Position numbers and translations under genes: made by a program. The notes below the pieces were generated by a model. That model was given only the letters and a program-made list of their open reading frames with translations, searched no databases and was not told where the DNA came from. Shown piece after piece: positions 1-8,852 of a stretch of 24,000 bases of DNA; positions within the stretch are counted from its first letter, which is position 1, and the number at the start of each line of letters is the position of its first letter. This DNA is from Bacillus phage vB_BcoS-136, in the sequence record MH884508.1. One strand, 5' to 3'.

Positions 1-750
1 TAAACCCATTGTGTAAGCTCTTCTGTGTTATATTCTGGATGCTCTGCCAATGTAGCTCTAAACAATTCCGATACGAATTTACCATGCTGTAACTCATCAC
101 GATTGATGTATGAAATCATTGTTGAAGTACCAACCATCTTCTGATTTCGTGCAAGGTTGTAGAAAAATGCAAATCCAGAGTAGAAGAATAAACCTTCTAA
201 AATAGTGGTGTATACCATAGCTTTTAATAGATTATCCATTGTAGGATTTAATGAAAAATCATTATACACTTCTGTTAATTTTTCATTTCTTTTTAAAAGA
301 ACTTCGTCAGTTCTCCCTAATTCAAATGTTTTATTCTGAGTTGTTAAATCTGTAACGGAAGACAAGACATACGAATAACTGTGATTATGCTCTCCCTCTT
401 GGTCTGCAATTGTAGCCATGATAGATTTAACTGATGGGTCTGTAGAATAATCTGCAATTTTCATAGCCATATTCGTCTGCGGTGCATCTAGTGTAGCTAA
501 CAAACCAATGATTTTTAAGAATGCATTAGTTTCTTGTTCTGATAGTCTAGGGAATTGTTTTATATCTTGTGTCATATCAACTTCACTAGCTGTCCAAAAC
601 AACGCTCTAATAGATTCTCTAATTCTATAAAAGTGAGGGTATTTTAAATCATTCCAATTAAGAATACCACTAGCCATTCCACCGAATAACGCAGTAGATT
701 TATTTGGATTCTCTGGTTCTAAAATTTTTACTAATTTAAGCTTTTCCATT
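1..750 (-). CDS. nrdF: Ribonucleotide reductase class I small (beta) subunit, NrdF-like, 3' end truncated by window edge
   Basis: Translated from ATG at 750..748: MEKLKLVKILEPENPNKSTALFGGMASGILNWNDLKYPHFYRI...; contains DQEGEHNHSYSYVL and RDELQH ferritin-like metal-ligand motifs; adjacent to nrdI and nrdE. Confidence 0.93.
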
Positions 751-1171
751 TACTAATTACTCCTTCTGTCCATTCTGAAACTTTCTTTTCTTGCTGTCCT
801 CTTGGACTCTGTTCAATCTTTAATGTGTCATATTCTGAATTATAAAACTTAGAAAGTCTATTATTCGCATTGCAAAATAAATCATCTCCACCAAACTGTG
901 TATCTCCTGTACCAAATATTGCTATATTACTAGGCTTATATCCAACATCTAACACAAAATCCTTCATTTCGTCTGGTGTTTGACCTTTGCCCCAAGTGAA
1001 TGTGCCAATAAAAATAATATCATATAGTGATAGGTCTGGTGTTTCACCAGAGCCTATCCTATGCATATCAACATTAATCTTATTGTCTAGTAGAGTTTTT
1101 TCTACTAATTCCGCTACCTCTTTTGTATTTCCGCTATAACTAAGATAGCATATGATAGCTTTTTCAAACAT
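731..1171 (-). CDS. nrdI: NrdI-like flavodoxin (RNR activation protein)
   Basis: MFEKAIICYLSYSGNTKEVAELVEKTL...GTFTWGKGQTPDEM, a flavodoxin phosphate-binding loop followed by an NrdI-like motif. The track ORF extends to 1252, but the start is most likely ATG 1171..1169, overlapping the nrdE stop (TAATG). Confidence 0.88.
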   Translation of the reverse strand: MFEKAIICYLSYSGNTKEVAELVEKTLLDNKINVDMHRIGSGETPDLSLYDIIFIGTFTWGKGQTPDEMKDFVLDVGYKPSNIAIFGTGDTQFGGDDLFCNANNRLSKFYNSEYDTLKIEQSPRGQQEKKVSEWTEGVISKWKSLN

Positions 1172-3435
1172 TAGCTTTGACACCAAGTACATTCTTCTAT
1201 TTCTAAAGCAGTAGAGCGTACATAATATGTGGTCTTCATTCCAGATTTCCAAGCTTCTAAGTGAAGTTGTAGCATAATTTTTGCATTGATGCTATTAGGC
1301 ACATAGAAGTTGAAAGAAATAGCTTGGTCTACGTGTCGTTGTCTAGCACTATTTTGTTTGATAGACCAGAATTGGTCAATTATGTATGCAGACCTTTCAT
1401 AAACTTTATAAGTCTTATAGTTTAAGTCTGGTGCTACAACTGGAAGTTTATAATCTTTCTTCTCTTCATAGTAGAATGGTTTGAATACAGGGTCAATACT
1501 TGCAGTAGAGCCATTTATGATAGATGTACTACCGTTTGGTGCAATTGCGAATAAATATCCATTTCTAATACCATTAATAGAGATATCATTTCTTAATCCA
1601 TCCCAATCTAGTTTTGAGTTTTGGTTGTTATAATCTCTCTTTTCGAAATACTTTCCATTGTGCCAATCAGAGCCTTCAAACAATTTGTAAGCTCCTTTTT
1701 CTTTAGCTAACTCTAAACTAGCTTTAACTGTTAAGAAATTAATATATTCATATAATTCATCGCTGTATTTAACTGCCTCATCAGACTCCCATTGAATACC
1801 TTTTAATGCCAATAGATGATGCCAACCAAATGTTCCTAAACCAACTGCTCTATATCTTTGATTTGTAATTTGAGCCTGTTTTACATCTATACTATTTAAA
1901 TCAATTACATTATCTAGCATTCTTACTTGAATTGGGATTAATCTTTCAAGAGCATTGTTTGGTACTGCCCTACCTAAGCTAATAGATGATAGATTACATA
2001 CTACAAAATCGCCTGCTTTTTTATATGTAATGATAATATCTCCATTAACAACCTCATTGTATTGCATAGTAGCAGATTGATTCTGAGTAATCTCTGTACA
2101 TAAGTTACTGCAATATACAATTCCTGCATGGTTGTTTGGGTTTTTTCTATTTACTTCATCACGATAAAACATAAAAGGAGTTCCTGTCTCTAATTGTGAC
2201 TTCATAATACGTGCCATAATTTGAATAGCAGACACTTTTGTTTTTGTTAGTCTATTGTCACGCACACACTCATCATATTTCTCTCTGAATGTTCCACTTC
2301 CTATCTCTTCATCAAAATAGTCTTCTAATGAGTATCCCATAACCTTCTTTACTTCGTGAGGGTCAAATAAAAACCAGTCTCCACGTTTTTCAACAGTCTC
2401 CATAAACAAGTCTGGTAAACATACACCTGTAAATATGTCATGTGCTCTTTGTCTTTCATCACCATTGTTTAATTTCAAGTCAAGGAATGGAAGAATATCT
2501 TTATGCCAAACATCTAAATAGATTGCAATAGCACCCTTACGTCTTCCTAATTGGTCTACGCTAACTGCTGTATTATTTAATTGTTTAATCCAAGGTACTA
2601 CACCAGAGGATGCACCTGCAAAACCTTTAATGTCAGAGCCTCTTGCACGAATTTTACCCATGTAAACACCGATACCGCCACCATCTTTAGATAATCTTGC
2701 AATATCTGTATTACTATTATAAATTCCTAGTAAAGAATCATCTACAGTATCAATGAAACAACTAGACAATTGACCATGATTTAAGCCTGCATTTGCAAGA
2801 GTTGGTGTTGCAACAGTCATATACATACTAGATAATGCCCAATAAGCCTCTCCAACTAACTCTAATCTCTTGCTTTCATCCTCATCTTGCATTAATGTCA
2901 TAGCAATCACAAGCCATCTTTCTTGTGGAAGTTCATAAACATCTCCGTTGTAATCTTTTGCAAGATATCTACTAACTAAAAGATGAAGTCCTGTATAATC
3001 AAATAGTAAATCTCTTTCTGGTACAATTAGTTTTGATGCCTCTTTGATTTCCTCTTTTGTATATTTCTTTAAAATGTTAGGTGAATAGATGCCTTTGCTT
3101 GCTAATACTTTTTGAAGACCGTAAAAGTCACCATATTTATCATCTTTATCATATGAGCGATTTCTACTAGCTTTTTTATATAAACTCTCTAAGAATATCT
3201 TAGATGCATCAAATGACCACTTCGCATTTGCTTCATCAACATTCTCTAGAGCAGTATTAATAAGCAACTTTGTAATGCTTTCTGCATTAAATTCATCATG
3301 ATTTTCTATACTTCTTGAAATCTTATCGACAAACTTTTCATCCGTAATACTTGTAACTCTTTTAACAAATCTCTCTAATCTATCTCTGTCAAATGGAAGT
3401 CTTCTGTTTCCATCTTCTTTTAAAATTAATGTCAT
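1171..3435 (-). CDS. nrdE: Ribonucleotide reductase class I large (alpha) subunit with N-terminal ATP-cone
   Basis: 754 aa; ATP-cone-like N-terminus (GNRRLPFDRDRLERFV), SSCF, NLCTEI active-site motif, CNLSS, TTYYVRS tyrosine pair, C-terminal CTWC redox cysteines. Confidence 0.96.
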   Translation of the reverse strand: MTLILKEDGNRRLPFDRDRLERFVKRVTSITDEKFVDKISRSIENHDEFNAESITKLLINTALENVDEANAKWSFDASKIFLESLYKKASRNRSYDKDDKYGDFYGLQKVLASKGIYSPNILKKYTKEEIKEASKLIVPERDLLFDYTGLHLLVSRYLAKDYNGDVYELPQERWLVIAMTLMQDEDESKRLELVGEAYWALSSMYMTVATPTLANAGLNHGQLSSCFIDTVDDSLLGIYNSNTDIARLSKDGGGIGVYMGKIRARGSDIKGFAGASSGVVPWIKQLNNTAVSVDQLGRRKGAIAIYLDVWHKDILPFLDLKLNNGDERQRAHDIFTGVCLPDLFMETVEKRGDWFLFDPHEVKKVMGYSLEDYFDEEIGSGTFREKYDECVRDNRLTKTKVSAIQIMARIMKSQLETGTPFMFYRDEVNRKNPNNHAGIVYCSNLCTEITQNQSATMQYNEVVNGDIIITYKKAGDFVVCNLSSISLGRAVPNNALERLIPIQVRMLDNVIDLNSIDVKQAQITNQRYRAVGLGTFGWHHLLALKGIQWESDEAVKYSDELYEYINFLTVKASLELAKEKGAYKLFEGSDWHNGKYFEKRDYNNQNSKLDWDGLRNDISINGIRNGYLFAIAPNGSTSIINGSTASIDPVFKPFYYEEKKDYKLPVVAPDLNYKTYKVYERSAYIIDQFWSIKQNSARQRHVDQAISFNFYVPNSINAKIMLQLHLEAWKSGMKTTYYVRSTALEIEECTWCQS

Positions 3436-3926
3436 TCAAATTTCTCCTTATCCATTATCTGTTTTACCTTGTTGACCAAACTATTCGTGTCGCTAACAAC
3501 AACACCATTTTCCTTCACTTTACCAATAGTAAACAAATTTCGATACATAAATTGATTTTCTGTACCATCTTTAATTAGTGCTTCTATCTTATTTTTATTA
3601 TCTCTTCCAAACTGTCTAACATCAGTATAAAGACCGATGACAGGTTTTCCAGTTGTTGAGAAGATGCCAATCTCTGCACTTACACCAGAATCAATCTCAA
3701 TACCATCCAATACTGCAATTAAAAAGTCTGATTCTAGTAGTTTGTTAGTATCCCAGTCTGCAATCATTAATGAATCTGCATATGCATTTTTATCATTAAT
3801 CTCGCCAGACTCTTGTGGTACAAATAAATCTAAGTCTTTAAATTCTGCACGTAATAGTTTAGCTAGATAGTCGTTATACATTCTATCTGCCTCACTAAAC
3901 AATCCATTAGCTAGATAAGCCTTCAC
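3432..3926 (-). CDS. Nucleoside 2-deoxyribosyltransferase-like protein
   Basis: KAYLANGLFSEADR...ADSLMIADWDTNKLLESDFLIAVLDGIEIDSGVSAEIGIFSTTGKPVIGLYTD matches the NDT family pattern (D...D.G...E.G.). Start probably GTG 3926 behind AAGAGGTGA; the track start is 3935. ATGA overlap with nrdE. Confidence 0.88.
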   Translation of the reverse strand: MKAYLANGLFSEADRMYNDYLAKLLRAEFKDLDLFVPQESGEINDKNAYADSLMIADWDTNKLLESDFLIAVLDGIEIDSGVSAEIGIFSTTGKPVIGLYTDVRQFGRDNKNKIEALIKDGTENQFMYRNLFTIGKVKENGVVVSDTNSLVNKVKQIMDKEKFE

Positions 3927-3982
3927 TATATTCACCTCTTAAATTATGTTGTAAAATTTTTCTACCCTCCTTATTAAATTAA

Positions 3983-4014
3983 TTCGAGAGACACTTTGAT
4001 AAGTATCTCTCGAA
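3983..4014 (-). promoter_or_regulatory. 5' leader stem-loop upstream of the NDT-nrdE-nrdI-nrdF unit
   Basis: Arms 3983-3996 (ttcgagagacactt) and 4001-4014 (aagtatctctcgaa), one mismatch, 4-nt loop; lies between promoter P1 and the first start codon; no U-tract follows. Confidence 0.6.
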
Positions 4015-4029
4015 ATTGACATACTAATA

Positions 4030-4058
4030 ATTATACCATAATTTTTAGCTTTTGTCAA
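4030..4058 (-). promoter_or_regulatory. SigmaA-type extended -10 promoter P1
   Basis: Minus strand TTGACA (4058-4053), 17-nt spacer, TATAAT (4035-4030) with TGG preceding. Confidence 0.85.
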
Positions 4059-4066
4059 AAAGTATA

Positions 4067-4966
4067 TTACTTCTTATCTACAATAACTCCGCCTGCACCA
4101 TTAATTTCAATCCAACCATGTTTTAGACGTGCTTCCATTTCACGAAGCTTTAATAGCTCTGGTGTAATTGTGGCTTGAATTTCTCTATTAGCTTCTGCCT
4201 CTGCTTCTGCGCTAATAACTTTCGATTCAGCATCACCACGAGCTTTTTCAATTTTCGCATCAGCCTCACCTTTTGCCTCAATTAATTGACGTTGTGCAAT
4301 CTCATCAGCTTTTAATTTTTCAATTTTTAATGCTTCTAATTCTTGTTGACGATTTACTACTTCTTGAATTGCTTGTGCAGTATTTGCATCTGGTTCTGGT
4401 GTTCCAAATACTACTGTTTCAATAATAAAACCATGACTACGTACATTTTCTCTAAAATCCTCTTCAATCTTAGTGCTAATTTCTTCACGCTTTTGGAATA
4501 CTTCTAAGATTGTATATTTAGAAGTTACTGCTAATGCTGATTCACGAAGACGTGCTTTCAACCAAGATTCCTCAATTGCTTTTGGTGATTGACCTTTAAA
4601 TTTATCATAAATATAAGGCAACATTTCAACATCATTTAAGTAATCATATGTAATATCAACCTCTAAAGGTTTTCCGTCTTTTGTAGCTAAACTAATTTGA
4701 TTGCTAATAGTTTCTGTTGATACAGGATACTCTGTAATTCTATGCAATGGATTTACAAAGTGAAATCCTTGACGAAGAGTTTCTTCTTGCACACCAGACT
4801 GTTTACTAAATACTACTCCTGCATGACCTTGATTAATGTTGGTTGTAATTGCAAACCAAGTAATCAACATTACTATAAAAGCTACTCCTGCAATTGTGCC
4901 ACGTTTAATTAATTTCATCTTGCTTTCATGTTGCTTTCGTCTTTCTTCGCTTGTCATATACGGCAT
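4067..4966 (-). CDS. SPFH/Band 7 (prohibitin/HflK-like) membrane protein
   Basis: N-terminal TM segment then GHAGVVFSKQSGVQEETLRQGFHFVNPL...LEVDITYDYL...EKARGDAESKVISAEAEAEANREIQATITPELL, typical of the SPFH family. Confidence 0.93.
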   Translation of the reverse strand: MPYMTSEERRKQHESKMKLIKRGTIAGVAFIVMLITWFAITTNINQGHAGVVFSKQSGVQEETLRQGFHFVNPLHRITEYPVSTETISNQISLATKDGKPLEVDITYDYLNDVEMLPYIYDKFKGQSPKAIEESWLKARLRESALAVTSKYTILEVFQKREEISTKIEEDFRENVRSHGFIIETVVFGTPEPDANTAQAIQEVVNRQQELEALKIEKLKADEIAQRQLIEAKGEADAKIEKARGDAESKVISAEAEAEANREIQATITPELLKLREMEARLKHGWIEINGAGGVIVDKK

Positions 4967-5021
4967 TTCTCATTTCCCCTTTTTCTCATCTTATTTTTTA
5001 TATTAAAGGTAAAACCTTTAA

Positions 5022-5096
5022 TTACTTAACTTTTTGACCTGCAAAAACCCAAGCTAACACTCCTAATACTACAACTACTGTTAGTAAAAATCCCAT
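5022..5096 (-). CDS. 24-aa single-TM micro-protein (not in supplied ORF track)
   Basis: MGFLLTVVVVLGVLAWVFAGQKVK*; preceded by AAGGTGGTGA SD; first ORF after promoter P2, directly upstream of the SPFH gene. Confidence 0.7.
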   Translation of the reverse strand: MGFLLTVVVVLGVLAWVFAGQKVK

Positions 5097-5119
5097 AGCT
5101 CTCACCACCTTATAATAAT

Positions 5120-5148
5120 ATTATATCATTATTTTTAGTGAAAGTCAA
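5120..5148 (-). promoter_or_regulatory. SigmaA-type extended -10 promoter P2
   Basis: TTGACT (5148-5143), 17-nt spacer, TATAAT (5125-5120), TGA element. Confidence 0.83.
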
Positions 5149-5158
5149 GCTATTTTTT

Positions 5159-6646
5159 TTAATAATAAGCTTCGACTAAATTTTTCTCTTCTGCCCATTC
5201 TTTGATAAAATCTTTTTGCTCTTGATTAATCGCTATGTTACTATACCCTCTTGCTTGACGAATGTTAAAACCTCTGACCTCAATAGTTGCAAGTGGCTTG
5301 TCCATGTTGTCTATTTCTCGCAAAAACAATATCTTACATCTATCAGCTATCACATCTTTAACATAGCTTGCTACACAATGAGACAATTCATTCCCTTCTT
5401 TAATTATATCTTCTGCTGTTTCTGGTATAATTACAGCATATTTTGATTTTTTAGGCTTATAGTATATAAGATTCTGATAAGAGTCTTTACTAACAGAAAA
5501 TTTAAATTCCTTTTGTTGGTCTTTGTTTTTATTAACAACATTATAATTCATCTGTACGACATCATGTAATTTTTTTAAGGATTTAGGATACTTTTCCCAC
5601 TCCAACTCCATCCAACGTGACATTCTCGCATAGTCACGAAGATATGACGATGCAGATTGTGCATTTGCAATACCCTGTGTAAGCTTTACTTCTCTAAATA
5701 GGTAGAGTATTAATTTTTTAAGATTATTATATCCATAGTCAACATGTAGCTCTATAATAGTGTCTAGAGAGTTTGACAAATCACTTATAGTTCCTTCGTC
5801 TTTGACAATAGATAATATTTCACGAAGTTTATTCGTATCAATATTTTTTAAATGGTTTTGAATCTGTTTTAGTATATGAGTATTGATTGAAACATCTTCT
5901 CTTATGTATTGAATCATGAATTTTGGTACTCTTAGTATTTCGTGAGGTTTTTTCTTAGTTGTATCGATGGCATCTCTTCCGTAATATCCACCACTTCTAA
6001 ATCTATCAACATTCGGTATTCCTGCATTTGCTAATATTTGTAAATGTTGATAATCGAAAAGTTTGTAAAGACCTTTCATAATCTTTCTTTTTCTACCATA
6101 TCCATCATTAGATAGAGATAAGACCGTATCAACAAACATACTTCTAGTAACCTCGTTTGACACAAACTCTAAAAATAAACTACTATCTAATTGTGTAAAA
6201 AATAGTTTGTTCGTATCTGTATACATTCCACCATGAATAGAATAATCATATTCTAATCTATCATTTCTCCAAACTTTTAACACCTTATCTACTATATCAT
6301 ACTCCATTGTTCTTTTGAGATTTTCTTGTACAGGTGTTACTGTCATATCATCCTTACTAACAATAACACTAAGGTTTGCTCTTACGACTTTAAATCCTCT
6401 GTTGTCTTTTCTTAGTATTTCTAGATATGGAATAGAAAATCTTCCATCAGACTTTAATGCATCAACGAAAAGTGCGTTACCACACTTGTCGCATTGATTA
6501 TCTTTTACCTTTGGTTTTAGAATGATTTGTCCACAATTACATATTCCATATCTTTCAGATGTTCTCCATCCTCTATTAACTATAACTCCAAACTTATAGT
6601 CTTCTTTTTTAACCTTGATTTTTACCTTTCTCAAAATAGCGTTCAC
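5159..6646 (-). CDS. PcfJ-like domain protein with N-terminal zinc-ribbon-like motif
   Basis: C-terminal region YKPKKSKYAVIIPETAEDIIKEGNELSHCVASYVKDVIADRCKILFLRE...PLATIEVRGFNIRQARGYSN fits PcfJ-like proteins; N-term CNCGQ...CDKCG. Exact start uncertain (GTG 6646 sits within an AAGGAGTG SD; TTG 6634 possible). Confidence 0.75.
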   Translation of the reverse strand: MNAILRKVKIKVKKEDYKFGVIVNRGWRTSERYGICNCGQIILKPKVKDNQCDKCGNALFVDALKSDGRFSIPYLEILRKDNRGFKVVRANLSVIVSKDDMTVTPVQENLKRTMEYDIVDKVLKVWRNDRLEYDYSIHGGMYTDTNKLFFTQLDSSLFLEFVSNEVTRSMFVDTVLSLSNDGYGRKRKIMKGLYKLFDYQHLQILANAGIPNVDRFRSGGYYGRDAIDTTKKKPHEILRVPKFMIQYIREDVSINTHILKQIQNHLKNIDTNKLREILSIVKDEGTISDLSNSLDTIIELHVDYGYNNLKKLILYLFREVKLTQGIANAQSASSYLRDYARMSRWMELEWEKYPKSLKKLHDVVQMNYNVVNKNKDQQKEFKFSVSKDSYQNLIYYKPKKSKYAVIIPETAEDIIKEGNELSHCVASYVKDVIADRCKILFLREIDNMDKPLATIEVRGFNIRQARGYSNIAINQEQKDFIKEWAEEKNLVEAYY

Positions 6647-6649
6647 TCC

Positions 6650-8794
6650 TTACGAGTATATATTATCTTCTTTCTTCAAATACTTTCCAACACCTGCACC
6701 ACTAACTCTATAATAATCCACATCTTCTAGATTAGTTTTATCTAAATCATAATACATTTTAGTAAAACTATCATTTTTAGATTTCATAACTTGCACACCT
6801 ATAGTTGTTTTGCTAGTTTTAGAATTAATCATAGATGTATTAAATATTAAAGCCTTATCTATTGACGATACAGCTAAAATATCCATATCTTCATGAATAT
6901 GTCGGAAAAATAATGCTTTTTTATTTGCATAAGCATTTTTCAACATTGACCTATTCTGCTTTGTTTCGTAGGCTGATAAGTCAATCTTCGCAACTTTTCC
7001 ATCTTCGAATCCTATAATTAAATTACCCTTATAATCATTCGTAGCAGTAACAAATAAAACCTCTTCATCTTTAAGATTTAATAATGATGGAAGATAATCT
7101 CCTAACAAGCTAGGTTTACTATCTTCTAGTTCGTAAGATTTATATTTGTACACATTTTGCTTATCGGTAAAGATTAGAATATCAGAATTGTTTGTTGTTT
7201 CAATTTCTCCTACAATCTTATCTCCATCTTTAACCTTTATATCAAAGTTTCCACGCAATGAAGTTAAAGGAATCTTCTTTAAATATCCGTCTTTTGACAC
7301 AAAAATCTTAACATTGTAATTTTCAACTTCCACCTCTTCTGCTTTAACAGTTGGTAGCTCGTTAGCTTCAATGATATTAGATTTACGCTCTTGACCATAG
7401 TTTTTCTTTATCGAATTTAATTGACCAATGATTAATTTTGCAAGAGTTTTCTTGTCATTAATAATCATACCAAGTCCTTCAATCTCTTTTTCCAGAGTTT
7501 CAATTTCTGCAATGCGTTCAACCAAATACTCTCTGTTGAGATGTCTTAATTTAATTTCTGCTACGTATTCTGCTTGCTCATTATCGATGTTAAAAGTGTC
7601 CATAAGATTAACAACTACTTCATTATTCTTTTTAGTTTCTTTAATAATTTCAACAGCCTTATCAACATCTAATAACACTTTTTTCAAAGCTAGTAACATA
7701 TGTTTTTTATGTTCTTTTTTATCAATGTCAAACTTAACTCCACGCTTGATTGCATTAGCTCTAAATATAACCCATTCACGCACAATATCTTTTACACCTA
7801 AAACTTTCGGTCTACCATTTAATACAATATTAAAATTACAGCTATAAGATGATTGTAATGGTGTCATCTTGAATAGTTTTTCAACTAATAACTCTTTATT
7901 AGTATTATTTTTTACTGTAATCTCAATTCCTTTTGTATGAAGACCGTAAATATCATTAATGTCAACAATATCCTTAATCTTTCCTTCTTTAATTAAAGTA
8001 GTAATTTTATCAATTACTGCCTCGAATGTTGTTGTATAGGGAAGCTCTTCAAAAATAATAGAGTTCTTTTCAAATCGATACGTTGCACGAATATCAATCG
8101 AGCCACGACCTGTATTTAATATACTTCTCATTTTATCTTCGTTGTAGATGATGCTTCCACCTGTCGGAAAGTCTGGTGCTTTGATATAATCTAAAACATC
8201 GACTTTCGGATTTTTTATGTATGCTACTGTAAAATCTATCACTTCTGATATATTGAAAGATGCTATACTACTTGCCATACCGTTAGCAATACCACTCTGA
8301 GCATTTACTAGAATGGAAGGGAATGTGACAGGTAGTAATCTAGGCTCTTTCATTTCTCCGTCGAAGTTATCAACCATATCAACTGTATTCTTATTAATAT
8401 CCTCAAACAATTCTTTAGCGATTGGTAAAAGCCTTGCTTCCGTATAGCGAGCAGAAGCGTACTGCATATCCCTAGAATATTGCTTACCAAAGTTTCCCTT
8501 GGAGTCAATATAGGGTACAAGTAATGCTTCTGCATCTTTTGCCATACGTACCATTGTTTCATAAATCGCACCATCACCATGAGGATGTAGAAACATTGTA
8601 CTTCCAACTATACCCTGTGATTTCTTTCTAGCACCTTTTAATAAACCCATCTTATACATTGTATAAAGAATACGTCTTTGAGAAGGCTTGAAGCCATCAA
8701 TCTCTGGTAATGCCCTCTCCAAGATAACGTAGGCGGAATAAGGCATATAGTTTTCTTTTAATGTTTCGGTAATTGGTTGTTTAATCAATTCCAA
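6650..8794 (-). CDS. parC: Type IIA topoisomerase subunit A, ParC-like
   Basis: PYSAYVILERALPEIDGFKPSQRRILYTMY; catalytic Tyr motif YASARYTEARL; beta-pinwheel-like C-terminal domain without an obvious GyrA box; TTG start behind GGAGAGGTGA. Confidence 0.94.
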   Translation of the reverse strand: MELIKQPITETLKENYMPYSAYVILERALPEIDGFKPSQRRILYTMYKMGLLKGARKKSQGIVGSTMFLHPHGDGAIYETMVRMAKDAEALLVPYIDSKGNFGKQYSRDMQYASARYTEARLLPIAKELFEDINKNTVDMVDNFDGEMKEPRLLPVTFPSILVNAQSGIANGMASSIASFNISEVIDFTVAYIKNPKVDVLDYIKAPDFPTGGSIIYNEDKMRSILNTGRGSIDIRATYRFEKNSIIFEELPYTTTFEAVIDKITTLIKEGKIKDIVDINDIYGLHTKGIEITVKNNTNKELLVEKLFKMTPLQSSYSCNFNIVLNGRPKVLGVKDIVREWVIFRANAIKRGVKFDIDKKEHKKHMLLALKKVLLDVDKAVEIIKETKKNNEVVVNLMDTFNIDNEQAEYVAEIKLRHLNREYLVERIAEIETLEKEIEGLGMIINDKKTLAKLIIGQLNSIKKNYGQERKSNIIEANELPTVKAEEVEVENYNVKIFVSKDGYLKKIPLTSLRGNFDIKVKDGDKIVGEIETTNNSDILIFTDKQNVYKYKSYELEDSKPSLLGDYLPSLLNLKDEEVLFVTATNDYKGNLIIGFEDGKVAKIDLSAYETKQNRSMLKNAYANKKALFFRHIHEDMDILAVSSIDKALIFNTSMINSKTSKTTIGVQVMKSKNDSFTKMYYDLDKTNLEDVDYYRVSGAGVGKYLKKEDNIYS

Positions 8795-8823
8795 TTATAT
8801 CACCTCTCCTAATCTGTATATCT

Positions 8824-8852
8824 ATTATATCATAATTTTTTGTACTAGTCAA
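8824..8852 (-). promoter_or_regulatory. SigmaA-type extended -10 promoter P3
   Basis: TTGACT (8852-8847), 17-nt spacer, TATAAT (8829-8824), TGA element; -35 overlaps the parE stop codon. Confidence 0.82.

Noticed and set aside
4016-4042. Possible divergent plus-strand promoter TTGACA ... CATAAT in the RNR leader
   Set aside because: Spacer is only 15 nt, no extended -10, and no plausible plus-strand gene follows.
3940-4070. NrdR box pair in front of the RNR operon
   Set aside because: No acaCwAtATaTwGtgt-like palindromes seen; the inverted repeat present is a long hairpin of different sequence.
5146-5171. Possible terminator (AAGCT...AGCTT) after the PcfJ-like gene
   Set aside because: Only about 5 bp of stem with bulges; too weak to call.
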